DNA of 64,000 bases from Sulfolobales archaeon HS-7 (GCA_019704295.1 AP024596.1:1056001-1120000), one strand, 5' to 3'. Positions 22,201 to 33,944 are shown, counted from the stretch's first letter. The notes: generated from the letters alone by a model not told the origin. Numbers and translations are program-made.

Positions 22201-22785
22201 GACAGTACTTTCGCGATTATCATTAAATTTTCTCCTATTACTTCATCACTCTTAAAGTAAGTCGAGGAGATAAAAGATCCTAGGACTTACAGGAGTTCTT
22301 AATGAATTTAGTTCATTTGGAAAAATAGAGCAAATTAACTTGAACGTTTCTCATTAACCGGAGAGAGACCATAGTTTATAGTTTCCTTATTCAACCTGTC
22401 TCAGCCATAATTACAATAAGGAATTCATACCTAAATGCCCGAATCTTTCCTTAAGAACCTATACCCTGTAAAGAGAAAACATCAATACGCCTTTTGGTTT
22501 CGAGGAGATCCCACAATATTTACAAGAGAGAGTTAAAGGTTCTCAATCACGATAAGCTCAATCTAATACCTGTTAACCCTGATTACTTAACATTTAGGAA
22601 AAGCTGCCTCAGTAATGGATACTCATGCCAATAATGGCCCGACCTAACCTTCGGTATGAGGCGGATTGGGATAGACACCTATTTGAAAAGCAAAACTGGA
22701 AGTATGTAGATGTCCTGGTTCAGAAATGCGACCTATAGATTCTAACGAAAATTCTAGAGTAAATAATGGTTGAAAGTAGAATTAT

Positions 22786-23688
22786 TTACGTTTTACTTAA
22801 TTTCTTTATCTCCCTATACGAACTTATCAGCGAAGTCACTCCTATTACGCCTACTATTGTTACAACAAGTATAAATCCTACGTTGATCGCGTCTAGGTTG
22901 GGTATTGGGTTTCCCGTAGGCAGTGCTATGTTATCGATGGGCGGTATAAGGATTATAAGTAGTCCTGCAAGTAAGAATACGATCCCCCCATAGTATAAAG
23001 TCCGTCCAGCAGTTCTAGACGCAACTTTTGCTATTTGCTCTTCCGTTATCTTCTTTATCTTCATAATGCTAGCAAATATCGCACCGAAAATAACTTGCAT
23101 TGACATAGTTCCTAATCCGAACATTAAGCCTGGAATTGGAGCGTAAACTATTGATGGCATTCTCGGAGCCAACACAAAGGTAATTATAGTGGCATAGGCA
23201 CCAAAACCGAAACCGGCTATTAACCCATGAATTATCGTCATTTTAAGCGGTATTTTACCCTCAATCTCCTCATTAAGGGGAATTCTGATGGCCTTTTCCG
23301 TGTGATGACTTTTCCCCCCTATAGCTAAATCAATAGGAATATGGATGTACTTTCCTTTAAGCACGTAAGACCCTGCTATTGCCATAACTAATCCTACTAT
23401 TACATAAACCGGTCCATCAAGATTGTACTTCTGATATATATACGCAAGACCGATAAACCCGAGTGTTGTAAGTAGCATCCTCTGAACAGTGAATCCAAGA
23501 GAGAAAAGAAATCCAGCCTTCATTCCCCTCCGGGTGCTGTACTCCCCTATCGCATAGCTGAAAGTTATTGGCCATGTATGTTCGTCAGGTGTGGCTCCGT
23601 GTAATAGACCGAGAATATAGCTGATCAGTATTACTTCGCCTACGGTCAAAGTTGAAGGGGGATTTAGTATATCAGACAGGCTAATCAT
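22786..23688 (-). CDS. NicO/UreH-like Ni/Co transporter-family membrane protein
   Basis: GLLHGATPDEH His motif, His-containing loop and multiple TMs. Start moved to the ATG at 23688. Confidence 0.65.
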   Translation of the reverse strand: MISLSDILNPPSTLTVGEVILISYILGLLHGATPDEHTWPITFSYAIGEYSTRRGMKAGFLFSLGFTVQRMLLTTLGFIGLAYIYQKYNLDGPVYVIVGLVMAIAGSYVLKGKYIHIPIDLAIGGKSHHTEKAIRIPLNEEIEGKIPLKMTIIHGLIAGFGFGAYATIITFVLAPRMPSIVYAPIPGLMFGLGTMSMQVIFGAIFASIMKIKKITEEQIAKVASRTAGRTLYYGGIVFLLAGLLIILIPPIDNIALPTGNPIPNLDAINVGFILVVTIVGVIGVTSLISSYREIKKLSKT

Positions 23689-23763
23689 ATGTATTAGGGT
23701 AACCCTAACACTATATAAGCTCATCGTTATAAAATGTTTACACTTTAACATATAAATGGTCGT

Positions 23764-24633
<870 letters not shown>

Positions 24634-24662
24634 TTAGTGCAATTCTTGCTTTAATATTTCTC

Positions 24663-24732
24663 GAGTCTAGGACAAAATAGTTTAATGGGTTTCTAAATTT
24701 ACATACGATTTCAGGATTTTTAATCTAACACT
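24663..24732 (+). repeat. Left 70-bp inverted end of the composite transposon
   Basis: GAGTCTAGGACAAAATAG...AATCTAACACT. Confidence 0.95.
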
Positions 24733-24738
24733 TTAGAC

Positions 24739-25254
24739 TACATTAGGTCATGAATCGCGACCTTTGCTAAGACCGTCAAGTGGACCCTCTCTTCCCTGAC
24801 CTTGTTTATGATCCACCCTGTCCTTCTTGGAGGAGATCAGACACTCCGCCTTCTTACGCTCGACTCCTCCACTCCAGTGTTCATGAGCCTCAATATCGTC
24901 TTCACCCTTTCCCTCCTTTGATCGTGGTGTTAGACTTAGGTATCTAGTAGACCTCGGATCAGGGAAGTCATCAAGTGTAGACTAGTACTTGTCAGCCCTC
25001 AAGGAGTCCACTTGCACGCCAAGATCCCTTAGGACCTCTAGGGCCATCCTTTAAGCTTCTTGCCCTTAAGCGAGTAACTAAGCGATCAAGTTACTGCCTA
25101 GGTAATGAAGAGTACACGAAGTCCTTTCCTTCCTTTATCTCTTCCCCGGACTTCTCCACTCATGTAATACTCACTAAGGGAATAGCCTGTCCATGACCGC
25201 ATCAATCCTAAGGCCATTAACGCTCTTTGAGAGCAGGTTATAGAGGATGACGTT
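24739..25254 (-). pseudogene. Degraded transposase, ISA1214/ISC1043-like (C-terminal part)
   Basis: Hand translation across frameshifts gives TGYSLS, KDFVYS, ALEVLRDLGVQVDSLRADKY, IPKSN and GWIINKVREERVHL..AIHDLM*. The family is assigned from recalled motifs. Confidence 0.7.
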
Positions 25255-26702
25255 GTGACAGTGTGCTATGTGTAATTAAAGTTAATAACTAAATAAAGTA
25301 AAAAGTTATGAAAAACGTCTTTTCAAAATTAAGTTCGCTTAATTATTAGAGAGAATAATATAAAATCACTTTATTAAGTGCACTCGCAACTAATCTCGAA
25401 ACTTTCAAGAATTGCTCGATTCAGGTTTCCATTACGAATTGCAATTATGGAAAATAGGGATTAAATAAAGGAAATTATTAAGTACTAATCTCTATCCAGT
25501 CTAAACAATTGCATTCAATTAAATCCATTCTACTTTTCTAAATAAATCGAATTCGCAACGAACGCGTTAACGGTCCCGAGAATCAAGGCTAGAGACGAGT
25601 TTCTCTAGCGAGGTTTTAAGTGGAGATCTCAGCGTTTAGTAATGGATCTAAACCACTAAATATTGTAAGCCAGGCCTGAGAGGTTGGCAAAGACGTTCAA
25701 TCCCCTTATGCTCCTCGCGTAAGGCCTCATGTTCTGAGGAAAGTGTCAAAGAACTTTACGCCTCCTCTCAGTATTCCCAAGCCCCTCTTGACTCTGTTCA
25801 CCTTGCCTTTCTCGGCAAACCCCCTGTCCACAAGCGTGATCACGTTGCAGATAGGAGACTTAAAGTCGGAAAAGTTTGCCGGAACTATCTTAACCTTGCA
25901 AACCATGAGGGTCTTAAGGAGATCTCGGCGAAGCACTTCCCTCCGAACCAGGTTCTGTCCCACTTCTTTCCCCAGCTTCCCTCATGTTCCCTAAGGGTGT
26001 AGTTTCTAGGGAAATGGGAGAAGAGTTTCTCCCTTTTTTTCTCATCAAGAGATGCTAGCACTTTATGGGGTTTCCTCTTTGGATCAATTTCCCTGAGATC
26101 CAGTACAAGCTTCTCAATGTATATCTCAACGCTCTTCTCTCCGGGAGGAGGCTTTACAGGAAAGCTGTCCATCAACATTTGCCTTCCAAATTTCTCCTTT
26201 GCTAGGAAGTGGTGGAAGTTGCTCCTCGTTAACGCGCGACTCCAATCTCGTTAAGACCTTGAGTGGCGGATCCCTTATTCTATCATCTTACTTATATGCA
26301 AATCAGTGCAATGAAGACCTTGAGGGTACCTCTTTAACGCCACGGAAAACCTTGACCACTTTATTGGTAACCGTAAGTTCACTTCTCTATACGACTTATG
26401 GAAAGCGCCCTCACAATCAGCATCTTCAAGTAGACTACGTTCGTACTTGAAGGACTTGCGGTCCTTGAACTCTCTTTCAATTACGTCCTCCAACTCACTC
26501 AGGACTTCCTCGTACTCCAAAAGATATTTACTCTTCCAACCCAACTCTTGGGGGATTACGTCTTGGTAAATCATCACTATGGTATAACCTAAGCGTAATC
26601 CCCCTTAAGTATTATCCCGTTAGTTGAGTTCTTGATATTTATTTTCTCGCAAAAATTTACCAATAAACTAGATTACATTTATTCGAGATTGGACATTGTC
26701 AC
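25255..26702 (-). mobile_element. Degraded IS with a DDE transposase pseudogene (IS5/IS982-like; fragments about 25640-26577)
   Basis: Collinear fragments 26275-26577, 25885-26178 and 25727-25963 carry DSFP, WFGGK and DRGF. Imperfect inverted ends GTGACAGTGTGC and GTGACAATGTCC. Confidence 0.68.
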
Positions 26703-26856
26703 GAGTTAGTACTACTCTTACCAATTACATAGTTCTAGCTATTATTTTCATAATATTCGGGGAGGTTTTACTAGTTAAAATAGGTAAAATCTAAAAAAGA
26801 AGAAATTAAAAGAGAAAATTAAATAAAGGATTTATTCCAAGTATATTCAAATTGGT

Positions 26857-27609
26857 CTAGGATAATATATCAAGCCCTACTTTATCGAGGTTTTTAAGCC
26901 AGTTAAGGAATTTTTTAGCGTTGTCTCCTATAAATATTGAGCCGTGTTGGGGAGTAACAATATTAATTTCCAAGCCTTCTATTTTCTTAGACCAAAGTTC
27001 TATAGCTCTTCTCGAAGCTATATACCTCCTGTGAAACCATTCCATAGTTTTGACATGCTCATCAAAATTATCTACTATTAAATACCACTTATCTTTAAAG
27101 ACAGCTGCACCCATGTCTCCAGAGAAGTAAATTTTTGCTATCGGGTCGTAATAGTGGAAGTTACCTGGAGAGTGCATAAAGTGAGCTGGTATGGCTTTGA
27201 CCATAAACGTACCGAAGTTAATGTCCATACCTTCATCAGGTAGATCTATTATCCTATCCCGTAGGTCAACTCCCAAGTGGGGGATGAACCTCTCCCATAA
27301 ATATGACACATAGATTTTAGCGTTGGGCGCCATGTCGAGCCATAACGTTAGTCCGCCTATAACGTCAGGGTCTTGATGGGTATATAATATTGCCTTAATG
27401 TTTTCTGGCTTAACGAACCTAGTAGCGTTTTCGAAGACCCTTTCGAAGACGAAATAACCGCCAGGGTCGATCAGTATCCCCTGTTCGCCATGCATGACGA
27501 GGTACTGGTTAGTTAATATACCTTTTTCGGCTTCGCTTTCGTCCAGTCCTAGCCAAACAAATTTGTGATCATTTGAGTCGTATAATATGTAAGGCTCATG
27601 AACTTTCAT
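26857..27609 (-). CDS. Oxygen-binding di-iron protein (ODP), stand-alone FprA-like metallo-beta-lactamase fold
   Basis: NQYL, DPGG, THQDPD, PAHFMHSPGN, SGD and PQHG motifs. No flavodoxin domain. The probable start is the ATG at 27609. Confidence 0.87.
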   Translation of the reverse strand: MKVHEPYILYDSNDHKFVWLGLDESEAEKGILTNQYLVMHGEQGILIDPGGYFVFERVFENATRFVKPENIKAILYTHQDPDVIGGLTLWLDMAPNAKIYVSYLWERFIPHLGVDLRDRIIDLPDEGMDINFGTFMVKAIPAHFMHSPGNFHYYDPIAKIYFSGDMGAAVFKDKWYLIVDNFDEHVKTMEWFHRRYIASRRAIELWSKKIEGLEINIVTPQHGSIFIGDNAKKFLNWLKNLDKVGLDILS

Positions 27610-28399
27610 CTTTGATAACACCCGGGATCTCTGGGACAAGTAATACGTATACGTTAACTTTGAACTCGCCTGAGAGCGAACTTAACGCATTTTCGTCATT
27701 GAAGTACTCTTTTCCATTATCGTTTACATAGACCCCTTTTAGTTCTCCGTTTATGAAGAGTAACCTGAAAGAGGCTGAGGTAGCCGATGCGGACACATAG
27801 ATAGTTCTATACTTTGAAAGAACTTCTCCTATAGAACCTAGAACCGTATCAAGCATTTGTCCCTTAGGTATTGATATTCCTTCGGACTTCACCAGACGGG
27901 ACTTCAGTAGAAGTTTTGAGACGAAACTCAACTTGTTTAGTTGCTTAGAATAATCGAATTCCTTTTCATTAGACTCAGCTTCTATTTCGGAAACTCTCTT
28001 AACTTCTTTATTTATTCCTTCTAGTAGACTCTCTGCTATATCAGGTAAGTATTTCTTCACAATCCACTCTTTTTCTCCGCCATATTCTATGGCCATATGG
28101 ACCAAAATAGTAGAGTTCTTATTATCTCTTACACTGATAAAAATTTGAAACTTATTATTTCTACTTTTTAATGACTTAAGAGTATAGCCGAACATCAATG
28201 ATGACTGTTTAGAAAAAGAGATTTCGAAAGTGTCTTTAAAACTTAATACCAAAAATCTTGAGAACTGTAAGGTAAGAGTATTCCTTCCTTTTTCTACTTG
28301 GTATGGAAAGTAAGAGAGTAATGTATCAGCATCTTTTACCACTGAAATTACGGTATTTGAATTAGCGTCTACAGCCTTTTCAGCCAGATAAGTTACCAT
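27596..28399 (-). CDS. Hypothetical two-domain protein (possible SRPBCC/START-like N-terminus and DUF2226/PATAN-like C-terminus)
   Basis: Intact 267-aa ORF overlapping the ODP start, with C-terminal FRLLFINGELKGVYV. The domain calls are inference. Confidence 0.7.
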   Translation of the reverse strand: MVTYLAEKAVDANSNTVISVVKDADTLLSYFPYQVEKGRNTLTLQFSRFLVLSFKDTFEISFSKQSSLMFGYTLKSLKSRNNKFQIFISVRDNKNSTILVHMAIEYGGEKEWIVKKYLPDIAESLLEGINKEVKRVSEIEAESNEKEFDYSKQLNKLSFVSKLLLKSRLVKSEGISIPKGQMLDTVLGSIGEVLSKYRTIYVSASATSASFRLLFINGELKGVYVNDNGKEYFNDENALSSLSGEFKVNVYVLLVPEIPGVIKDESS

Positions 28400-29706
28400 A
28401 TATGTATATATTTGGAGGAAGAGGTTAAAAAGATTATCGTACAGTAAAGATAATAATTGAAACCTTTAACAGTGTTAAACGACTTGATTTTATTTAATGA
28501 TTGTCTCTACTCCTGAACAACTTGAACAAGTCCTGGCACCAGATATCGTCATTAATACAGTTGTGTTTCGCCAATTTTACTAAAAATGAGATAATTCCTA
28601 AACATGGGAAAATTCCGCTTAAGAGTAGAAATTAACTAAATTTCTGCTAAGGTGGAGAAAGAATCGATATTTATCTCAGAAAGAGGTGTGTAACCTAGCT
28701 TTTACACGTACAGTAATACCTTGTGTTTAGTATTATCAAGTGGGGAGAAATGAGGACGTTAAAGTTTAAGCGAGGGACTTTCCAAATTTTGGTATGAAGG
28801 AAATCAAGGCGAGGAACAAGTCTCTCGCTAATAGTAGAGGAAGCGTTTAAGAAGATTTCCTCTAATCCCCGGGACGTTATCAAGAGGAGCAAATCTCTCC
28901 TCTTGGGGAATAGAGGAAAGGACTACATTTCTCTTGTAAGACAAGGGAAAAAGCTAGGAGAACTCTTGAGTAAAACCTTAGAGTTCTAGGAGCTGTGTAC
29001 AATTTCACGAGCGAGAAGATTGTGCTCGGTTTCGACGAGACCTTCTTGAGGGTGGCAGAGAAGGAAGCAGAGAGAGAGGGGGACGAACTGTTCTCGGGAA
29101 AGGCCAAGGTTAGATCCGCAGTTCTCTTGTCTCCCGTGAGATGTAACGTGGTTACCCAATTCGCAGTTCCGGGGGGATCAAAAGCCCTCCGAGTTTCTTC
29201 GAGAGTTCGTCAATAAGGCTTTACAGCACGTCAGCTTGGCTTACGTCGTTGCTAACGCTGGATTCCTCAACCTCGAGATCCTCAAGGAGTTACCCGCTAA
29301 AACTGTGATCAGAGGGAAAACTAACTTGAAGGGAGTCAAGGAACTCTTTGCCTAGCCCCTTACCGTGAGGTACCACGCAGTTAAGGACAGAACTTACGTT
29401 GCCTATAGAAGGCTAGATTACAAGGAACTCTACTATTACGACGTGATTTACGTGAAACACAAGGGGACACCAATGCACTCCTTTTTCGTGTCCAACATTG
29501 AGGAAGATCCTTACAGCCTGGCCGAGACCTACAGGTCGAGGTGGCAAATAGAGGAAGGGTTCAAGACGAGGAAGGCTAGAATAGAACTCATAAGGGGGTT
29601 ATGTAACAAGCTCTTCCTGATCTACGCCCTTCTCGACACTTCCTGGAACTTGTACCTCTTCCTCTCGTTTAACTTCAAGGCGCTACATGCTTCGCCTCTA
29701 ACACAG

Positions 29707-30827
29707 CTATGGGAACAGCGTGTTCAAAACACTACTTACGTCAACGTCGTAGTCCTTGACGTTCTTAGCCTTGGCCAACTTCGACCTCTTTGTAACTAAA
29801 CCCTTGTACACACCATCCACTAGAACGTGGTAGCTGATGCTGGCGAGCTTCCCCGCGAGCGCACAAGTTGCCTCAATGCTACTTTTACCCTTGGCGATGA
29901 GCCTCTCGTAGAAATCCGCAAAGGGTCCACGCCTTGCTATCATAGCGCACAAGTAAAGTGTCCTTCGCAAGTACTTGTTACCCTCTATCATGCCCACGTG
30001 GGACTCGCTATTTCCACTCTGCTTGGTCCTGGGGACGAAGCCCGTATAAGCTCTCGCAGCCTTAGAGCTTGGAAAGCGAGAGACGTCGCCGAACTCGGCG
30101 TAGATCACCGCAGCGGTCCAACTCCGGGGATCTAGGAGAGCTCTACAACTTCTTGTGGGATTTTCGAAGGTTAGCTTTCTCGACGTCCTTTATCATGTCC
30201 TCCAGTTGCTTTAACAACTCTACAAGCTGTGCAAGCATTAACCGCTCGGCTCGGTTCAGTGTTCTTCCCAATTTCTCGCCTAACTCCCTCTTGTCCTCCT
30301 GCTTCAACTCTCCCTTGGACAGCTTCTCAAGCAGCCCCCTCTTGTTGAACGGCTCTAACTTGTACCTAGCGGTTTCTAGAATTTTCCTTATCTCGTCACT
30401 TGCGCCTCTTTCTCCACAAGGCTTGTCCTGTACCTCGTTAGCTCTCTTAGCTCCCTTATCTCCCCATCAGGTATGTATGAACCTTTTACTACTCCCGTCA
30501 TGAAGGCCATTACAAGCCTTTGCGCGTCGAGTTTATCCGTCTTCTTCCCGAGTATTTCGGACAAGTGCAAGGGGTTAACTACAGTTATCTTGAAACCTCT
30601 CTCCGTGAGTTTCTCGTGCAGGTAGTAGAAGGGCCTGTAGCCTCCATTATTCCCTCCTTGTAATTACCGAGGAATTTCACGAGCTCCTCTATCCCCTCGT
30701 TGTCGTACTTGAATTCCCTCACTTCCTTGATTGAATACGGATTTCCCTTGTTCCACTAGAAGCTCTCCCTTTGCTACTGTTAACTCTCGGATATGTCTAT
30801 CGCGAAGGCCTTGGTGACAGCTTCCAT
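29707..30827 (-). pseudogene. IS110 DEDD recombinase pseudogene
   Basis: AIDIS, VNPLH, KTDKLDA, AEFGDVSRF, QSG and GNKYLRRTLY motifs spread across several frames. Confidence 0.9.
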
Positions 30828-30829
30828 GG

Positions 30830-31105
30830 TATACCTTACTCACTCGTGATATATTACCTTAACTAGCGTAATACCGTCCCTCTCGTTTCTTAGCATTAAC
30901 TAGCGTCAACCCCTAGAGAAACTTGTTACAACCTCGAGGGTTCTATCCCCTCTTGTGTTCTAGAGACATCACAGCCAGCCTTGAAGACGGGGTTTTCCCC
31001 TCCAAACCGCTAGGCTTACCTTGTTTTACCCTTGCTACCTCATATGCTTAACTCACGTAATACTTGTTTTATCTTCATAACTAGTAGTACACGTTTTTCC
31101 CGTGG
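30830..31105 (-). ncRNA. Candidate IS110 bridge/seek RNA region
   Basis: About 275-bp non-coding end upstream of the recombinase, containing hairpins. Inferred from known IS110 architecture. Expression is not shown. Confidence 0.4.
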
Positions 31106-31380
31106 AAGGCACCGAGAGAGAAGCCTCTCTCGTTTGATCAGTTCGTCAATCTCCTCTAAGCGTTTTCAAGCTACAGGGTGGACTATGTACCTCGTTTTAA
31201 CCTCGTGAAATAAATTCAGAACTTCCCATCCTTTTTATCATTAACTTATAAAATATTCTAGATTTCGACTAAACATATCATATTGTTATGCTTCTCATAT
31301 TGACCTAATCCTATATTTTTATACAACAATTACGTTAATAATATCTTACAACCGTGAAATTTTTTGGTGAAACAAGACTG

Positions 31381-31450
31381 AGTGTTAGATTAAAAATCCT
31401 GAAATCGTATGTAAATTTAGAAACCCATTAGACTATTTTGTCCAAGCCTC
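31381..31450 (-). repeat. Right 70-bp inverted end of the composite transposon
   Basis: Reverse complement of 24663-24732 with 3 mismatches. Confidence 0.95.
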
Positions 31451-31929
31451 ATATTTCTCGGTAATTCTTTTTTCTAGTATTTTATGTGAAACTTAATTAA
31501 AAAGGAACTAAATTTTCTGCAGAGTTTTGGTTTACAAAGTAGTAGTTAAGACGGGAAAAGCTTTACTGCTTACGGTGGAGATATGTAACCCCCTTGTACA
31601 TAAATATCCTTTCGTTAAGGTTTCTTTTAGCGATGTTAATGTTTCTCTTTTCCAGCTCGATTGAGGGTTTAGTGAGATTAAGGGACGAGTAACAAGTCTA
31701 GCCCTTACTGTATCCAGACAGCGTAAATTATCGATCTCTACTTTCAGGAAGGAGACTTTCTATACCCCGCCTACCAAAGAAAGATGTAACCCTAAATCAA
31801 CAGTGGAAAAGATGAGCCATCACAAAGGAACAGTTGCCTCGGTCAGGTAATAAGGAACCGTTGTAAAAACAGGCTACTTTACTATTCCTTAACAGAAAGG
31901 CATCTATATGATTACCGGCACCCTTAACT

Positions 31930-32502
31930 CTAAGACTCTTCCACTACGGAATTAATCTTCCTTAACGACTTAGCTAAACTAGCGAGGTTTTCAAGATGTT
32001 CTTTAATGAATTTCTTCGCATCGTCATCCAATAGTACTCCCTTTTCGTCAAATCTCTTCGAGGCGAATGTTATGATCACCTCTGGCCTATTAACCGCTGT
32101 AATGTTGAGAAATGTAAATATCTGTCTTAAGTGAAGTTGTGCTCTTTCTCCACCGATCATTCCAATCGATGCACTCATAATTCCTGCTACCTTACCGTCA
32201 AATACGTTGTCGTTATAGGGTCGCGATGCCCAATCTATTGCGTTTTTTAATACTCCAGGAACTGAGTAATTATATTCCGGTGTAACGAAAAGAAGGGCGT
32301 CCGCTTCTCTAATTCTTCGTTTGAAATCCCTTACTACTTCGGGCAGATCGCTCTCCAAGTCCTGATTAAATAGAGGGAACTCCCCTAGTCTCTCAAAAAG
32401 TTCTATTTTCATATATTCTGGTGCAAGACTCTGAGCGTTTTTAAATAGCATCATGTTATACGAATTTTTCCTCAAGCTTCCTACAATGCCGAGGACTTTC
32501 AT
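31930..32502 (-). CDS. NAD(P)H-dependent FMN reductase (ChrR-like)
   Basis: GSLRKNSYN and TPEYNYSVPGVLKNAIDWASR. Confidence 0.93.
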   Translation of the reverse strand: MKVLGIVGSLRKNSYNMMLFKNAQSLAPEYMKIELFERLGEFPLFNQDLESDLPEVVRDFKRRIREADALLFVTPEYNYSVPGVLKNAIDWASRPYNDNVFDGKVAGIMSASIGMIGGERAQLHLRQIFTFLNITAVNRPEVIITFASKRFDEKGVLLDDDAKKFIKEHLENLASLAKSLRKINSVVEES

Positions 32503-32583
32503 TTTGCTCTAATGTCAGTTTTAGGCTAAAACATAAAAGCTTTTACTTAATGATGTAAAAAAACGTCAAATATCTTTTACTTT

Positions 32584-33849
32584 TTAAAACAGAGCTTCAC
32601 CGACTCTCTCCCTTGGTGCGGGTATAACAAAGATCAAAGCTAATAATCCCCCTATAATTCCAACTAGAGACGTTGCTACTGCTTGACTTATGCCTGTGAA
32701 CAGCAGGAAGGTACTTATGTAAGGGGCGAATGAACTAAATGCTACGCCCACGTTAATTATGAGACCTATACCGGAGTATCTGACCTTTGTCTCTATGCTT
32801 TCAGCCAGCCACGCCGGCAAAACAGCGTATTGTGCCCCAAAAATTAAACCCATAATTGCGCCAGACACAATTGCTAGACCTAGTGAACGTGAGGTCATCA
32901 TAAGGAACAATGGATAGTTTATAACTGCCATAATTATGTAAAAGGTTATCAATATTTTCTTTCTGGTCCCTATATTATCGCTTAAAAGGCCGAAAAACGG
33001 ACTAGTGAAAAGCCATACTGCACTTGAAACGAGTATTACCAGAGATGTCTCACCTGGTGAGAAGTTAAGAAGAGGTAAAAGCGTTCCCATATAGCCTAAA
33101 GTGCTGTAGTAGTATAAGGCCTCTCCAAAAATAACTACAACAGCTATTACTATGAACTTCCAGTATTTTCTTAACGCTGTTGCTATGGGAATTTTCTCTA
33201 CTGCAAGTTTAGCCTCCTTTTCCCAGACAGGACTTTCCCCTATAGACCATCTAACAATAAATGCAATGAGTAGAGGTAACAGTCCGAACCAGAAAACTAT
33301 CCTCCATCCTATAGTATCGAAAGTTGTTGTTGTCGGGGCTAAAAATGACGCAAGTGCAATAGCGGCGGAGCCGAAAATACCTCCTAGTGCGGCGCCTGCT
33401 TGTGATATTCCTCCAAAGAATCCCCTTCTATTGTTTGGTGCGAACTCAGTCGTTATTGTCATTCCTCCCGCCCACTCTCCTCCTAGGAAGAAACCCTGTC
33501 CGAACCTAAGGATTACGATGAGTATAGTAGCAGCTATTCCTATCGACTGATAGGTCGGGAGAAATCCAATGAGCAAAGTTGCTAGTCCCATGCCCAATAA
33601 CGAGATTAACCAGTACGTTTTCCTACCGAGCTTGTCACCGAAGTGGGCCAAAACAATTGCACCTATAGGTCTTGCGAAATAGCCTATAACTAGAGTTATG
33701 AGGGCTTCTAAAAGGCTTGCTGCGTAACTTGAGGAAGGGAAAAAGAGTGGAGCTATTGCCGTGCTTACGTATATAAAGGTTAACAGGTCGTATAACTCTA
33801 GAGCCCATCCCAAATTGGCCGATATGGCCACTTTCCACGCGTCATTCAT
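32584..33849 (-). CDS. MFS transporter, metabolite:H+ symporter family
   Basis: ELYD, RPIG, GDKLGRK, GGEWAG and ESP motifs with about 12 TMs. Confidence 0.9.
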   Translation of the reverse strand: MNDAWKVAISANLGWALELYDLLTFIYVSTAIAPLFFPSSSYAASLLEALITLVIGYFARPIGAIVLAHFGDKLGRKTYWLISLLGMGLATLLIGFLPTYQSIGIAATILIVILRFGQGFFLGGEWAGGMTITTEFAPNNRRGFFGGISQAGAALGGIFGSAAIALASFLAPTTTTFDTIGWRIVFWFGLLPLLIAFIVRWSIGESPVWEKEAKLAVEKIPIATALRKYWKFIVIAVVVIFGEALYYYSTLGYMGTLLPLLNFSPGETSLVILVSSAVWLFTSPFFGLLSDNIGTRKKILITFYIIMAVINYPLFLMMTSRSLGLAIVSGAIMGLIFGAQYAVLPAWLAESIETKVRYSGIGLIINVGVAFSSFAPYISTFLLFTGISQAVATSLVGIIGGLLALIFVIPAPRERVGEALF

Positions 33850-33944
33850 TTTAAACTCCTGTATACAAACTTTTATATAAAATTAACCATATAGTATGTG
33901 AAAAATAGCACATAGTTAAAAACTATAGATATATATAAATCAAT

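Larger units (their letters stand above)
29682..31110 (-). mobile_element. IS110-family element nested in the ISH3-like IS
   Basis: AAGGC occurs at both junctions (29677-29681 and 31106-31110). Removing the element restores the sequence seen uninterrupted in the relic at about 61420-61450. Confidence 0.85.
28558..31380 (+). mobile_element. Degraded IS4-superfamily (ISH3-like) element, interrupted by IS110
   Basis: Inverted ends CAGTTGTGTTTCGCCAA and TTGGTGAAACAAGACTG. Broken transposase with LGFDET, ANAGF and YRSRWQIEEGFK. The sequence resumes at 31111. Confidence 0.82.
24663..31450. mobile_element. Composite transposon of 6788 bp, non-autonomous
   Basis: 24663-24732 is the reverse complement of 31381-31450 (67/70 identical). 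ATATTTCTC is directly repeated at 24654-24662 and 31451-31459. Confidence 0.9.

Noticed and set aside
22210-22780. Long intergenic region, possible gene remnant
   Set aside because: Only short open stretches. No family could be supported.
25743-30503. ORFs 25743-25994, 26199-26450, 28695-29107, 29827-30135 and 30069-30503
   Set aside because: They are antisense to transposase pseudogene fragments.
31460-31929. Non-coding stretch right of the transposon, and similarly 49640-50070
   Set aside because: No ORF, repeat or internal homology was identified.
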